A stretch of 64,000 nucleotides of DNA from a virus. The translations under genes were made by a program, and so were the position numbers. Location of the stretch: IMG/VR virus record IMGVR_UViG_3300013094_000040, positions 3,338-67,337 of that record. The stretch is one strand, 5' to 3'. Numbering within the stretch: position 1 is the first letter of the stretch; each line of letters begins with the position of its first letter. Below are positions 37,874 through 47,679 of this stretch, in pieces. The notes beneath the pieces were generated by a model that worked only from the letters and a program-made list of their open reading frames with translations, was not told where the DNA came from and ran no database searches.

Positions 37874-39868
37874 ATGACATTTTTAAAGTACGGTCTTACC
37901 AGAATCAAAGATGCGAACGGTAACTGGAAGCCGCTAAAAGGTCTGTGGCAAAAAACACAAGATTCTCTAACAGGCGAGATTGCCTGGACTCCAGTTAAAG
38001 ACTGGTATACCAAAGCACCGCAAGATGGTGGCTGGCACAGAATTTATCCTACCCCTGCTGGTATAAACACCGCTAATCCTACAAGTTTTAATTTTAGAAT
38101 TTATCAACACTGGTCCAGCGGAACGCAACAAATTAATTTTTCTAATACTGGCGATTACCCATTGACTATTAGCAACATCGTTGCTAATGATGGATCCTCT
38201 ACTATTACCACTTTAGATCTAACAGGTATTAATGGCGGTTTGCCTTTTACAATGCAACCGGGCGACTCAGGATATATTAATTTTAGTGTCAAAGGTATTA
38301 ACATAGGAACAAGCCTGGGAAATATTGTATTCACACAAGATGTTGGTTACTTTGGTACAGATGGTAATGCTGCCTACTGGCCCGGTAATCAAACAGTTAT
38401 TCCTGTTACCAGCTTAGTGTTAGCTGATGTAGCGGGGATAGTAGTTTCACCAAATCCAATTGTTTATAATTCATACGTTGAAGATCCTCCCAGTTCGATC
38501 AATGTTAGAATTGCCTCTGGCACCAACAGCCCTCCTTATGGCGCTAATTTAAATATCTCAAACATTACTATATCTGGCAATGGCTCAGTTAGTAATGTGC
38601 CGACAACTGTTGGATTTAACTTTGACACTTACACCGCAAACACCGCACCGTTTACATTAACAGCGTCTAATTTAAACATTGGTGTTTACAATTCTACTAT
38701 TACAATTAATAGTAATGCTAATAATAATTTGCCCGGTGGATATATAACCGTTCCTGTAGTTCTCAACGTTATTAAACCACACGGAAATCAAGTGTTTGGC
38801 ACTCCTGGAACCTATACCTGGACTGTACCACTTGGAGTTCATCATATTACAACCTACGCTGTGGGCGGAGGTGGCGGCGGAGGCGGATCCTCATATAGAT
38901 TTGGCTATGGATCTGGCGGTGGTGGCGGCGGATATTCTACCGTGTCTGTCAATAACTTTACTGTTACTCCTGGACAAAGTTATTCAATCACAGTTGGAGC
39001 TGGCGGTGCAGGTGGCGCCGGAGATATTAGTACAGCAGGTGGCGGAGGTGGAAGAGTCTATGGCGGAACTGGTGGCACCAGTGTATTCTCTGGACCAGCT
39101 GGTTCATTATCGGCCACAGGTGGACAAGGCGGCGAATCGGGCCGTTACGATGACGACGGCGATAACGATTTTGACGAAGGTGGAGAAGATGCGGGCGGTA
39201 GCGCCGGACCAGGAGGTACATCCGGCCAACACGACACAGCAAACCATCAGGGCGGTGGATTCCATGGGGCTAACATGCCCGGAGGCACTGGCGGAAATAA
39301 TGGCTTTGTGTTTATATCAGGAAATCCACCCGGACAACCAACCGATCAAATTTTAAATGCTACTGCTTACGGTCCTAACATACCAATGTATCCAGCGACT
39401 AACGGAGTTTATCCAGGATTCTTAAATGCGTATGGTGTATGGAATGTTCCAAATGCTGGAGATTGGGGACATAACGATGCCAGCTTTGGTGTAGCCTACG
39501 CTACATACATACAAACAGCTGGCAATTATACTGTATACGCCTGTTGCGATAATGCTTGTCAGGTTACTATTAACGGTATTGATGTGGTTAATAATGCCAA
39601 TTGGGGTACTGTTAATTCGGGACCTATATATCTTACACCTGGAAATTTAACCATTAATATTGCGGCACAGAATTGGGGAGGTCCAGCCAGCGTAGCAGTA
39701 GCTTTAGCAGATCCTTCGGGAAATTATGTTTGGACAACCAGAAGCATTAACGTATTAGTACCAGATTCGCGAAATATCTACGGACGCGGCGGAAATGGCG
39801 CAGATGCTGCTGGCGCATCCTTGCCAGGATTCCCGGGCAATTCTGGTGCTGTAATTATAAATTGGTAG
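37874..39868 (+). CDS. Glycine-rich adhesin-like protein with Ig-like and lectin-like domains
   Basis: Trp-rich N-terminal anchor, NTGDYPLTISNI Ig-like repeats, PGTYTWTVP..VGGGGGGG module, CDN..V.ING beta-sandwich. Confidence 0.65.
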   Translation: MTFLKYGLTRIKDANGNWKPLKGLWQKTQDSLTGEIAWTPVKDWYTKAPQDGGWHRIYPTPAGINTANPTSFNFRIYQHWSSGTQQINFSNTGDYPLTISNIVANDGSSTITTLDLTGINGGLPFTMQPGDSGYINFSVKGINIGTSLGNIVFTQDVGYFGTDGNAAYWPGNQTVIPVTSLVLADVAGIVVSPNPIVYNSYVEDPPSSINVRIASGTNSPPYGANLNISNITISGNGSVSNVPTTVGFNFDTYTANTAPFTLTASNLNIGVYNSTITINSNANNNLPGGYITVPVVLNVIKPHGNQVFGTPGTYTWTVPLGVHHITTYAVGGGGGGGGSSYRFGYGSGGGGGGYSTVSVNNFTVTPGQSYSITVGAGGAGGAGDISTAGGGGGRVYGGTGGTSVFSGPAGSLSATGGQGGESGRYDDDGDNDFDEGGEDAGGSAGPGGTSGQHDTANHQGGGFHGANMPGGTGGNNGFVFISGNPPGQPTDQILNATAYGPNIPMYPATNGVYPGFLNAYGVWNVPNAGDWGHNDASFGVAYATYIQTAGNYTVYACCDNACQVTINGIDVVNNANWGTVNSGPIYLTPGNLTINIAAQNWGGPASVAVALADPSGNYVWTTRSINVLVPDSRNIYGRGGNGADAAGASLPGFPGNSGAVIINW

Positions 39869-39924
39869 CAGGAACTGTTTATTAAAAGCTCATAAATAAC
39901 AATAATACCGCGGAGCAATGAAGA

Positions 39925-41403
39925 ATGCCTTATAATTTAACCCTAACTAACGGAACTGTGCTTGAGACATTAGCAGACGGTTCTGCTGACACCTCAACTA
40001 CAAGTATTAACCTAATTGGTAAAAACTTTGCTGGTTATGGTATCTATTTAAATGAAAATTTTATCAAATTACTGGAGCATTTTGCTAACAGTACAGCACC
40101 CGCAAATCCTTTAAAAGGACAACTTTGGTGGGACACTGGTAATTTATCATTAAAAATTTGGAATGGCTCAATTTGGAAAGCTGTTGGTGGCTCGGTTGCT
40201 AATAGTAGCCCCCCAACAAATGCTCTTGCTGGCGACCTATGGTTTAACAGCGGCAACGGTGTATTAAATGTTTATTCTGGTAGTGATTGGATCACTATTG
40301 GTCCAGCTACACCTCCAGGCACAGCATTGACTGGCGTATTAGGTAATAACTTAACAGACAACGTGTCGGGACTACACACAGTTGGTAACGTTGTGGTTAA
40401 TAATAAATTAGCTGGCATTGTTAGTACAGAAGCAAATCCATTTACTTTACCAACACCGGTAGCTGGATTTACAACGATAAACCCCGGATTTAATATTGCT
40501 AACAACGTGGTTGTTAGCGGTAACATCACAGCACAAAATATTGTAATTTCTGGAAACGCAACATTAAATGGCCAGGCTATTGCTACTACCAGTGGCGGCG
40601 GAACAGCTACTTTTGCGGCTCTTAATAATACACCAATTGGTAATGCAACACCAAGCACTGGCGTCTTTACTACACTATCAGCAACTACAAGTTTAGCGGT
40701 CACTGGCTCGTTAACATTAAATGGTGTTCCTGTTGCTACAGCATCGGGCGGTGCTATTAATGGAACTCCAATTGGTAACGTTGCACCAAGTACAGGTGCC
40801 TTTACAACATTAAGTGCCAGCGGTGCAACAGCATTGAACACAGCAACAGGCGCAAGTTTCCAAGGTATTATTGGTAACGTTTCACCAAAGCCAGCATATT
40901 TTACCACAGTCAGCGTTTCTGGTGCAATAACACCAGCATCAAACGCTGCTATTGATTTGGGTAGTACAAGTAACTGGTTTAACAATGTGTATGGTACTTC
41001 TATGCATGCCAAATATGCTGACTTAGCAGAACGTTTTGAAGCAGATCAACCATATTCAGCTGGTACAGTTGTTGAATTGGGCGGCCCTGCAGAAATTATG
41101 GCAGCTGGCGAAGATTTAAGCGAGAATGTCTTCGGCGTCATAAGTACTAATGCAGCGTATTTAATGAATTCTACTGCTGGTACCGACAGCACACATCCTC
41201 CTGTAGCAGTACAAGGACGTGTTCCTGTTAGAGTAGTAGGTAAAATACGCAAAGGCGATCGTTTAGTTAGTGCCGGTAATGGCTTAGCCAGAGCAGGTGC
41301 TCGCAGTGAAATTACCACATGGAACGTAATTGGTCGCGCATTAGAAGATAAACTCGATACAGCCGAAGGTACCATTGAAGCTGTAGTTAAATTAAATTCG
41401 TAA
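39925..41403 (+). CDS. Tail fibre protein with C-terminal chaperone/peptidase-like domain
   Basis: Same N-terminal domain as 36705; C-terminal AKYADLAERFEAD...GVIST...GRVPVRVVG..KGDRLV typical of fibre intramolecular chaperones. Confidence 0.75.
   Translation: MPYNLTLTNGTVLETLADGSADTSTTSINLIGKNFAGYGIYLNENFIKLLEHFANSTAPANPLKGQLWWDTGNLSLKIWNGSIWKAVGGSVANSSPPTNALAGDLWFNSGNGVLNVYSGSDWITIGPATPPGTALTGVLGNNLTDNVSGLHTVGNVVVNNKLAGIVSTEANPFTLPTPVAGFTTINPGFNIANNVVVSGNITAQNIVISGNATLNGQAIATTSGGGTATFAALNNTPIGNATPSTGVFTTLSATTSLAVTGSLTLNGVPVATASGGAINGTPIGNVAPSTGAFTTLSASGATALNTATGASFQGIIGNVSPKPAYFTTVSVSGAITPASNAAIDLGSTSNWFNNVYGTSMHAKYADLAERFEADQPYSAGTVVELGGPAEIMAAGEDLSENVFGVISTNAAYLMNSTAGTDSTHPPVAVQGRVPVRVVGKIRKGDRLVSAGNGLARAGARSEITTWNVIGRALEDKLDTAEGTIEAVVKLNS
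40561..40818 (+). repeat. Intragenic degenerate tandem duplication in the fibre gene
   Basis: TLNG..IAT..GG...LNNTPIGNATPSTGVFTTLSA versus TLNG..VAT..GG.INGTPIGNVAPSTGAFTTLSA. Confidence 0.7.
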
Positions 41404-41415
41404 TAGGAAAAAAAC

Positions 41416-42375
41416 ATGTCATACAGTCAAGGTGGCTTAATTGATGCTAACGATTATAACAATTATGTAGGTAACGACCCAACTACTGGGTCAGGAACAC
41501 TAAACGCTGTTTGGGGTGTTGGTAGCGGAAATGCCGGATATGGATTGACTACAATTCCAAAAGCAGCAACAAGTGCTGGATTAGTAACAGCCGGACAGTG
41601 GGCTACATTCTTTAGCAGATTGAATACCATGTATGGTCATCAATTAAACACTGGATCTGGTATCAGTAGTACTGTTAACACTGGAGACTTGATTACATTC
41701 CAGAGTTCGTTAAACACAGCTATTGCTAATATATACAGTAACCGTTTAAGTTGTTATGCTCGTGGCTCTGTTGCCACAGTTGGTTCAAATCCTTATACAT
41801 TTAACTGGTCCGCTGGTTCTACAGCAAGTGCAGAAAGCAGTAGTTTTTCAAGAACTGTTAGTTTTGCATCTGGTGATGCTGCACGTTATTTCTTTAACCA
41901 AGGCGGTAGAATTAGATTTGTAACTGTTAGTGCAACAAACAACAATAGCCAAGGTCGTTCAGCAGACTTGGTTGATTTGATTAACAATAAAATTGGTACT
42001 ATCTCCAACTTTGCTTATGGTAGTAACGCTGGTCGTTCTGGTTCGGGTGGTCAAGGCGTTACCAACAATACTGGACTTGGCTATTATAGCTTGTCCTCGG
42101 GTGCTCAAACTTTAGTTCAAGTAACCAGTACCGGATATCCATACAGCGGTGACTACATATCTATCAGCGTTAACTCAAACGGTACTAACGTATCTGGCCA
42201 CGGCGACTGTGGATCAACAATTACATTTAACGTTACTACTTACCTTGGTGGACTACAGTCAGACTTTGGTAACAAAGCGGTTAACATCAGCTGGAATCAC
42301 CGTATTGACATTGAATATCCAGAAAATACTTACCTTAGCGGTACTCCAAGTTACGGATCAATTTCAGTTTCCTAA
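41416..42375 (+). CDS. Virion structural/fibre-associated protein
   Basis: Ser/Gly/Asn/Thr-rich; WG.G.GNAGYG, F.S.DAARYFFNQGG motifs; last gene of the tail module. Confidence 0.55.
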   Translation: MSYSQGGLIDANDYNNYVGNDPTTGSGTLNAVWGVGSGNAGYGLTTIPKAATSAGLVTAGQWATFFSRLNTMYGHQLNTGSGISSTVNTGDLITFQSSLNTAIANIYSNRLSCYARGSVATVGSNPYTFNWSAGSTASAESSSFSRTVSFASGDAARYFFNQGGRIRFVTVSATNNNSQGRSADLVDLINNKIGTISNFAYGSNAGRSGSGGQGVTNNTGLGYYSLSSGAQTLVQVTSTGYPYSGDYISISVNSNGTNVSGHGDCGSTITFNVTTYLGGLQSDFGNKAVNISWNHRIDIEYPENTYLSGTPSYGSISVS

Positions 42376-42387
42376 TACCATTTTAGG

Positions 42388-42416
42388 TTGACATCCAGGG
42401 TGTAAGATAGTATACT
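42388..42416 (+). promoter_or_regulatory. Sigma70-type promoter (TTGACA-17-TATACT) heading the tailoring-enzyme operon
   Basis: Near-perfect consensus 27 nt upstream of ATG 42444. Confidence 0.75.
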
Positions 42417-42440
42417 AACTGTCTACACCCATTTTCATTT
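42398..42440 (+). terminator. Hairpin overlapping the promoter; possible terminator of the tail operon
   Basis: GGGTGT(A)AGATAGT-ATACTA-ACTGTCTACACCC followed by ATTTTCATTT. Confidence 0.45.
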
Positions 42441-42443
42441 AAT

Positions 42444-42758
42444 ATGACCGACATAGAAAAACTCACCAACGAAGTGCGCCGTGCCACTGACTATCAGGCT
42501 AATAAAAAATTCTTACGAGAAAAAATTCAAACAGATTTACATTATGCCCACAACGGCGGACTGTTTAAGATTACTCCGGAGTTAATTGCTTTTACGCAGG
42601 GCTGGCCAATGGATGATATGTATTTAGAAGATGTTTATGGTAATCCAATTCAAGTTGACCGGCCGGTATTCTTAATACAGGCACAGCAACACTATCAAAA
42701 AGTAATGAACACCTGGCACCAACAACATGCAGAACTCAAAAAAATCCGCCGAGTCTAA
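42444..42758 (+). CDS. Hypothetical protein
   Basis: 104-aa ORF, first gene of the operon, overlapping the next gene. Confidence 0.7.
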   Translation: MTDIEKLTNEVRRATDYQANKKFLREKIQTDLHYAHNGGLFKITPELIAFTQGWPMDDMYLEDVYGNPIQVDRPVFLIQAQQHYQKVMNTWHQQHAELKKIRRV

Positions 42759-43572
42759 AGGTGTCTTGGTATTTGCCTTTAATACTGAAGCTGTTGACTA
42801 TGTCAGCATAGCAGATCAGTCCAGTCGTCTAATTCAACATAATTTGGGACTGCCAGTTACTATAGTAACCGACCCAGACAGCGATCCCAAATTTGAATAT
42901 GATCATATTATTAGACTAACACCAGACGATGGGCAGGTCAATTATAGAGGCGCAATTAATAATCAAACTGTCAGTTGGCGTAATTTTGGACGATATCTTG
43001 CTTACGATCTCAGCCCATATGACAGTACTATTCTTCTTGACACAGATTATTTGGTGTTAGACGATAGTCTTACAACTTTATTTAAAACAGACTTCGATTA
43101 TCGACTAATGCATCATAATGTTTCAACATCAAGTTACGATGTTGAAGTAATGGGAAATACCAGTTTACCCTATGTCTGGGCTACAGTTGTGCTGTTTAGA
43201 AAATCTGAACGTGCCCGTATGTTGTTTGAGTTAGTTGGAAAAATTCAGCGTAACTATTCTTACTATCGTGCTCTGTATAATATTACTAATCAACGTTTTA
43301 GAAATGATTTTGCTTTTACAATAGCCAATACCATACTAAGTGGATATTCGTTGAATGAAACTCAAAGTATCCCCTGGGGCATGCTCAGCATCTATCACGA
43401 AATTGAAACATTAACGCCGCTGGGTAGTTTTATAAAAGTAAATCATACTCAAACTCCATCTGGCAAATGGCCGTTGACAACTATATTGCCACAACAGAAT
43501 ATACATATATTGGATAAAAATTATTTGTTAACCGATAACTTCAAAGAATTTGTGGATGGTGTTTGTGGATAA
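42727..43572 (+). CDS. Glycosyltransferase-like protein (GT-A fold, GT8-like)
   Basis: KGVLVFAFN...Y, LSPYDSTILLDTDY (DxD motif), WATVVLFRK, FRNDFAF. Confidence 0.7.
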   Translation: MQNSKKSAESKGVLVFAFNTEAVDYVSIADQSSRLIQHNLGLPVTIVTDPDSDPKFEYDHIIRLTPDDGQVNYRGAINNQTVSWRNFGRYLAYDLSPYDSTILLDTDYLVLDDSLTTLFKTDFDYRLMHHNVSTSSYDVEVMGNTSLPYVWATVVLFRKSERARMLFELVGKIQRNYSYYRALYNITNQRFRNDFAFTIANTILSGYSLNETQSIPWGMLSIYHEIETLTPLGSFIKVNHTQTPSGKWPLTTILPQQNIHILDKNYLLTDNFKEFVDGVCG

Positions 43573-44422
43573 AGCACCATTGGGATTTGTTACATTTGCA
43601 CAGAATACTCAGGATGTAGATTATCTTGAGTTAGCATATTTACAAGCATTAAACATCAAAGCTACCCAGACAAATAACCAATGTGCGGTTATAGTGGATC
43701 TTGCAACCAAGGAGAAAATTAATGAGCGTCATCGTAATACTTTTGATTATATTATTGATTTGCCCACCGATAATAATAGCAGCACCAGCAATTGGAAACT
43801 GGCTAATGAATATCAAGTCTTTAGGCTTACGCCTTTTAAAGAAACAATAAAGTTAGAAAGTGATTTATTGTTTACAGGCAGCGTGGATCATTGGTGGCCG
43901 GCATTGCGTTTGCGTAATGTAGTACTCAGTACAGGATGCCGCGATTATCAAGGTAATTTAAGTGATGTAAGAAAATATAGACAATTTTTTGATGATAATA
44001 ATTTACCCGATGTCTATAATGGATTAATGTATTTTAGATACAGCCAAGAAGCATTTAATTTTTTTGCCGCAGCAGAAACAGTATTTCAAAACTGGAAGGA
44101 TATAAAAGATCAATTTAAAAATTGCAGAGAAGATACTCCCAGTACCGATGTACTATACGCTATAACAGCACTATTGGTTGGCGAGGAAACCTGCACTATA
44201 CCAAGTTTAGATTTTATAAATTTTGTACACATGAAGTCGGGTATACAGGGTTGGTCAGATGCTCGTACTTGGACAGAAACTGTAGTTGGCGAACAAGATG
44301 AAGATATAATTCGAATTAATAATATAAATCAATATCATCCTGTACACTATTACGATAAAAATTATGCCACTGAAGAATTAATTAAATATTATGAGTCAAG
44401 AACAGCAAACATTTTGGGATGA
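43550..44422 (+). CDS. Glycosyltransferase-like protein (paralog of the upstream gene; ExD variant)
   Basis: GFVTFAQN..VDY, LTPFKETIKLESDLL, YNGLMYF, FVHMK; start codon uncertain (GTG 43565 possible). Confidence 0.65.
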   Translation: MWMVFVDKAPLGFVTFAQNTQDVDYLELAYLQALNIKATQTNNQCAVIVDLATKEKINERHRNTFDYIIDLPTDNNSSTSNWKLANEYQVFRLTPFKETIKLESDLLFTGSVDHWWPALRLRNVVLSTGCRDYQGNLSDVRKYRQFFDDNNLPDVYNGLMYFRYSQEAFNFFAAAETVFQNWKDIKDQFKNCREDTPSTDVLYAITALLVGEETCTIPSLDFINFVHMKSGIQGWSDARTWTETVVGEQDEDIIRINNINQYHPVHYYDKNYATEELIKYYESRTANILG

Positions 44423-44750
44423 ACTTTCTTCTGCCATAGAAGAATTTAAACCAATTCCAATTGAGTATAGATTACACTATAATGAACTTGGTGAAATCTA
44501 TGCCAGCTCGATGACCAACCACCCCGAGTCTAATAGATATATAGTAGTTGATAAAACTGTCTACGAACAATCTTTTTTATATCGTGTTTTACATGGTAAG
44601 ATAGTTAAGATTGAAACAGACAATGGATATCGTGTACAATTAAAAAAATCCGACACAGGATTTCAAGTAGTAAAAGATCACGCAGGAATTCTATTAGAAG
44701 AAAACGAAACATATAATCAAACGGAGTACTATGCCTACAGAAATAATTGA
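44391..44750 (+). CDS. Hypothetical protein
   Basis: 119-aa ORF overlapping both neighbours. Confidence 0.65.
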   Translation: MSQEQQTFWDELSSAIEEFKPIPIEYRLHYNELGEIYASSMTNHPESNRYIVVDKTVYEQSFLYRVLHGKIVKIETDNGYRVQLKKSDTGFQVVKDHAGILLEENETYNQTEYYAYRNN

Positions 44751-45627
44751 TGTAGCAGATTTAGACTGCATATTTTTAACTTATGACGAACCAAAAAAAG
44801 AAGAATTCTGGATACAAATCTCAAACATGGTCCCATGGGCCAAACGAGTGGACGGAGTTAAAGGCAGTGACGCCGCTCACAAAGCGGCTGCAGACGCTTC
44901 TGACACAGACCGTTTTGTGCTTATTGATGGTGACAATATTCCAGATCCTGAGTTTTTCAACCTACAACTGGTTCTTGACGATTCTAATCGTTCTTGCGTT
45001 TTTCGTTGGAGGGCTCGCAACGCTGTTAATGGATTAATGTACGGTAATGGAGGTATGAGTTCGTGGACCAAAGAGTTTGTTTATAACATGCGTACACACG
45101 AAGCAACAGACGGCACAGCAGAGAATGATGTAGAGTTTTGTTTTTATCCTAACTACTGGGCAATGGCTGATTGTTACTCGACAACATATCCTAACGCTAC
45201 TCCGTTCCAAGCCTGGCGTGCCGGCTTCCGAGAAGGTGTTAAGATGTGTTTGGACCGCGGAGCAAAGCCTACACTACAAGAATTTGAATCACGTGTTAAC
45301 AGTCGTAACTACGATAATTTATGCATCTGGCAAACAGTAGGAGCAGATGCAGACAATGGCTTTTGGGCTATATACGGAGCCCGACTTGGAACATTTATGA
45401 TCATGGTTGAAGGGTGGGATTATCGCCAGGTACAAAACTTTGATGTATTAGCAAAACTGTGGGAGTCATTTAGTAACGATGGCCCGGACCAATGTACCAG
45501 TGTAGGAGACATATTGCGTAAAAAATTAAGTTTGCCTATTGTTGACATGGATGCAGACGAAAGTCGATTCTTTAAGCATCATTATAAAGCTGGATTTAAA
45601 AATCGAGGGCCAATGGTGAGAGAATGA
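44731..45627 (+). CDS. Glycosyltransferase-like protein (GT-A)
   Basis: DCIFLTYDEP, RVDGVKGSDAAHKAAA, FVLIDGDN (DxD), YGNGG, QAWRAGFREGVKM. Confidence 0.65.
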   Translation: MPTEIIDVADLDCIFLTYDEPKKEEFWIQISNMVPWAKRVDGVKGSDAAHKAAADASDTDRFVLIDGDNIPDPEFFNLQLVLDDSNRSCVFRWRARNAVNGLMYGNGGMSSWTKEFVYNMRTHEATDGTAENDVEFCFYPNYWAMADCYSTTYPNATPFQAWRAGFREGVKMCLDRGAKPTLQEFESRVNSRNYDNLCIWQTVGADADNGFWAIYGARLGTFMIMVEGWDYRQVQNFDVLAKLWESFSNDGPDQCTSVGDILRKKLSLPIVDMDADESRFFKHHYKAGFKNRGPMVRE

Positions 45628-46157
45628 AACTATTAGTCAATGGTGCAAGTTTTAGTTATGGTATAGGTAGTTGGCCTGAGTTATTGCCAGCCGATACAAC
45701 TAATTTAAGTCAATGGAATGCTGGTAACACTTACATACAGGCAAGTACAAACGAGGAACTGCATAAAAATTCCTACGACATGGTTATTGTAATGTGGTCA
45801 CCGTTTGATAGAACAGATACTCGTATAAGTGCAACAGAATGGAAATTTGAAACAGATACAGAAACAGATCAATGGATTCGATACGAATCAAGTTTACGTA
45901 GAATTATTATGCTACAAGAGTTTTTAAAGTATCGTAATCAACCTTACTTGTTTACGTTTGCACGTACACTAAAACAGTTTGATAAATTTACAGAATTATA
46001 CAATCAACTTGATCAAACACAAGTATTTCCTCTGACTCTACAGTCTGTAATTAAAGAAAATAACTGGTATGCTACAGATGGAGTACATCCTAATTTAGAA
46101 GCACATCAGTATTATGCCAAGCAGTTAACAGAATATCTGGAAGGAAGATTAAAATGA
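45624..46157 (+). CDS. SGNH/GDSL hydrolase-like protein
   Basis: LLVNGASFSYG block I, AGN, DGVHP block V. Confidence 0.7.
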   Translation: MKLLVNGASFSYGIGSWPELLPADTTNLSQWNAGNTYIQASTNEELHKNSYDMVIVMWSPFDRTDTRISATEWKFETDTETDQWIRYESSLRRIIMLQEFLKYRNQPYLFTFARTLKQFDKFTELYNQLDQTQVFPLTLQSVIKENNWYATDGVHPNLEAHQYYAKQLTEYLEGRLK

Positions 46158-47245
46158 AACGTGCAGTTATTTGCGTTAAAAATCCTGAACTCCGTATTCC
46201 AGAATTAGAAAATGAATATAGTCTAATGATTGTAAGTCCTGATTCTTCTGAGTCAAGAATGAATTATCTGTTAGAAAAATCAGACTACAGTCTATTAGTA
46301 ACCGATACAGGCACAAAAACTCGCAACGGTAAAGATTACCCGGGTGAAAGATTATATTGGTACACCAGCGGTACCACAGGAGACAGTAAGTTCTACGGAT
46401 TCAATGATGAACAAAAGAATATAATGACACAGTCAATGATTGATGCTTATCATCTTGATGCTAACCATAGATATTCATCTGTTATGCCACTGTGGCATGC
46501 TCATGGGCAACACTTTTACTGGGCAACAAAACAAGCTGGATGCGAGACTAAATTTTTTAATACTAAACAATTTCACTTAGTGGAAGCAAGTCGCCCAACA
46601 CTAATGACAGCAATTCCTAAAATTATTAATTTTTTTACAAGATATCAATTTCCAGACTTAAAGTTAATTGTATCGGCGTCGGTGGCATTTCCGTTAACAA
46701 AATTAAAAATAGCTCAGGACTACTATCGGGTTCCTATTCTTGATGCGTTTGGTATGACAGAAGCCATGGGATTTTGTATTACTAATCCACTCAATGGACC
46801 TATCAAGCCCGGCACGGTTGGACGACCTTTTAGCGTCGAAGCAAAGTTAGAAGGAAATCGACTATTAATTAAAGGACCAACTGTAGTAGTTGATGGCTGG
46901 ATGGATACTGGTGATTTAGCAACAGTAGATGAAGATGGTTACTATACTATAATTGGTCGTAGCGTAGAACAAATAAATGTCAATGGGATAAAAGTCAATC
47001 CTTTAAGTTTAGAAGCGCAACTATTGGAAAAGTTTTTTGATCTGCAACAAGTAACAATATTTGGTGAACATGATGTTAACTGTATATACGTAGGCGATGT
47101 TGCTGAAACAGAAATACGTAGATTTCTTCTGTCGTTGGGAGATCATTGCTTTCCAAAATTGTTAATTAAAACGGATGAAATCCCAACAAACGAAAACGGC
47201 AAAATATCAAGAAAATATCTATCGAGGAATTTTATAAAATGTTAA
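46154..47245 (+). CDS. Acyl-CoA synthetase/AMP-binding enzyme (compact)
   Basis: YTSGTTGDSK, PLWHAHG, FGMTEA, TGDLA, IIGR, NGKISR. Confidence 0.85.
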   Translation: MKRAVICVKNPELRIPELENEYSLMIVSPDSSESRMNYLLEKSDYSLLVTDTGTKTRNGKDYPGERLYWYTSGTTGDSKFYGFNDEQKNIMTQSMIDAYHLDANHRYSSVMPLWHAHGQHFYWATKQAGCETKFFNTKQFHLVEASRPTLMTAIPKIINFFTRYQFPDLKLIVSASVAFPLTKLKIAQDYYRVPILDAFGMTEAMGFCITNPLNGPIKPGTVGRPFSVEAKLEGNRLLIKGPTVVVDGWMDTGDLATVDEDGYYTIIGRSVEQINVNGIKVNPLSLEAQLLEKFFDLQQVTIFGEHDVNCIYVGDVAETEIRRFLLSLGDHCFPKLLIKTDEIPTNENGKISRKYLSRNFIKC

Positions 47246-47679
47246 TTAAAGAAACACACACAAGAACAATTACCAAAGCAGTCTTATACCGAATAGCATC
47301 TGTTATTGCAATAATGCTGTTAACTGTATTTTTTGGTGGCGACCTGCAGTCTGCAATTAAAGTTGGTGCCGGGGTGATTGTATTTGGTACAGCAATTTAT
47401 TACCTACACGAGCGTGTATGGATTCGATTTATCTGGGGCAGAACCAACACTGGATCGGACAGAGTTAATCGAAGTTTGGCCAAAACAGTAATCTATCGTG
47501 CAATAACAATGGTAGTAAGTTTTATACTTGCTAAGGTTTTTATTACAGGTAGTAGTAATGCCACAGCAGTAGAGTTTGCTATTGCACAGGCAGTGACCAA
47601 TATGTGTTTGTTCTTTATAACCGAGCGTATATTTAATACAATTTCCTGGGGACTAACAGTAGAACAACAAGATGAGTAA
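47239..47679 (+). CDS. DUF2061-like membrane protein (internally duplicated)
   Basis: Two RT/S..K...YR...hydrophobic...(H/T)ER.(W/F)..I.WG units. Confidence 0.7.
   Translation: MLIKETHTRTITKAVLYRIASVIAIMLLTVFFGGDLQSAIKVGAGVIVFGTAIYYLHERVWIRFIWGRTNTGSDRVNRSLAKTVIYRAITMVVSFILAKVFITGSSNATAVEFAIAQAVTNMCLFFITERIFNTISWGLTVEQQDE

Noticed and set aside
33717-39868. GGN-rich stretches as DNA repeats or diversity-generating retroelement targets
   Set aside because: Third codon positions vary freely, as expected for polyglycine coding. No reverse transcriptase or adenine-specific template/variable repeat pair was seen.
40272-41012. Long antisense ORFs (also 31840..32478, 10557..11030 and others)
   Set aside because: They lie opposite well-supported structural genes and are explained by codon bias.
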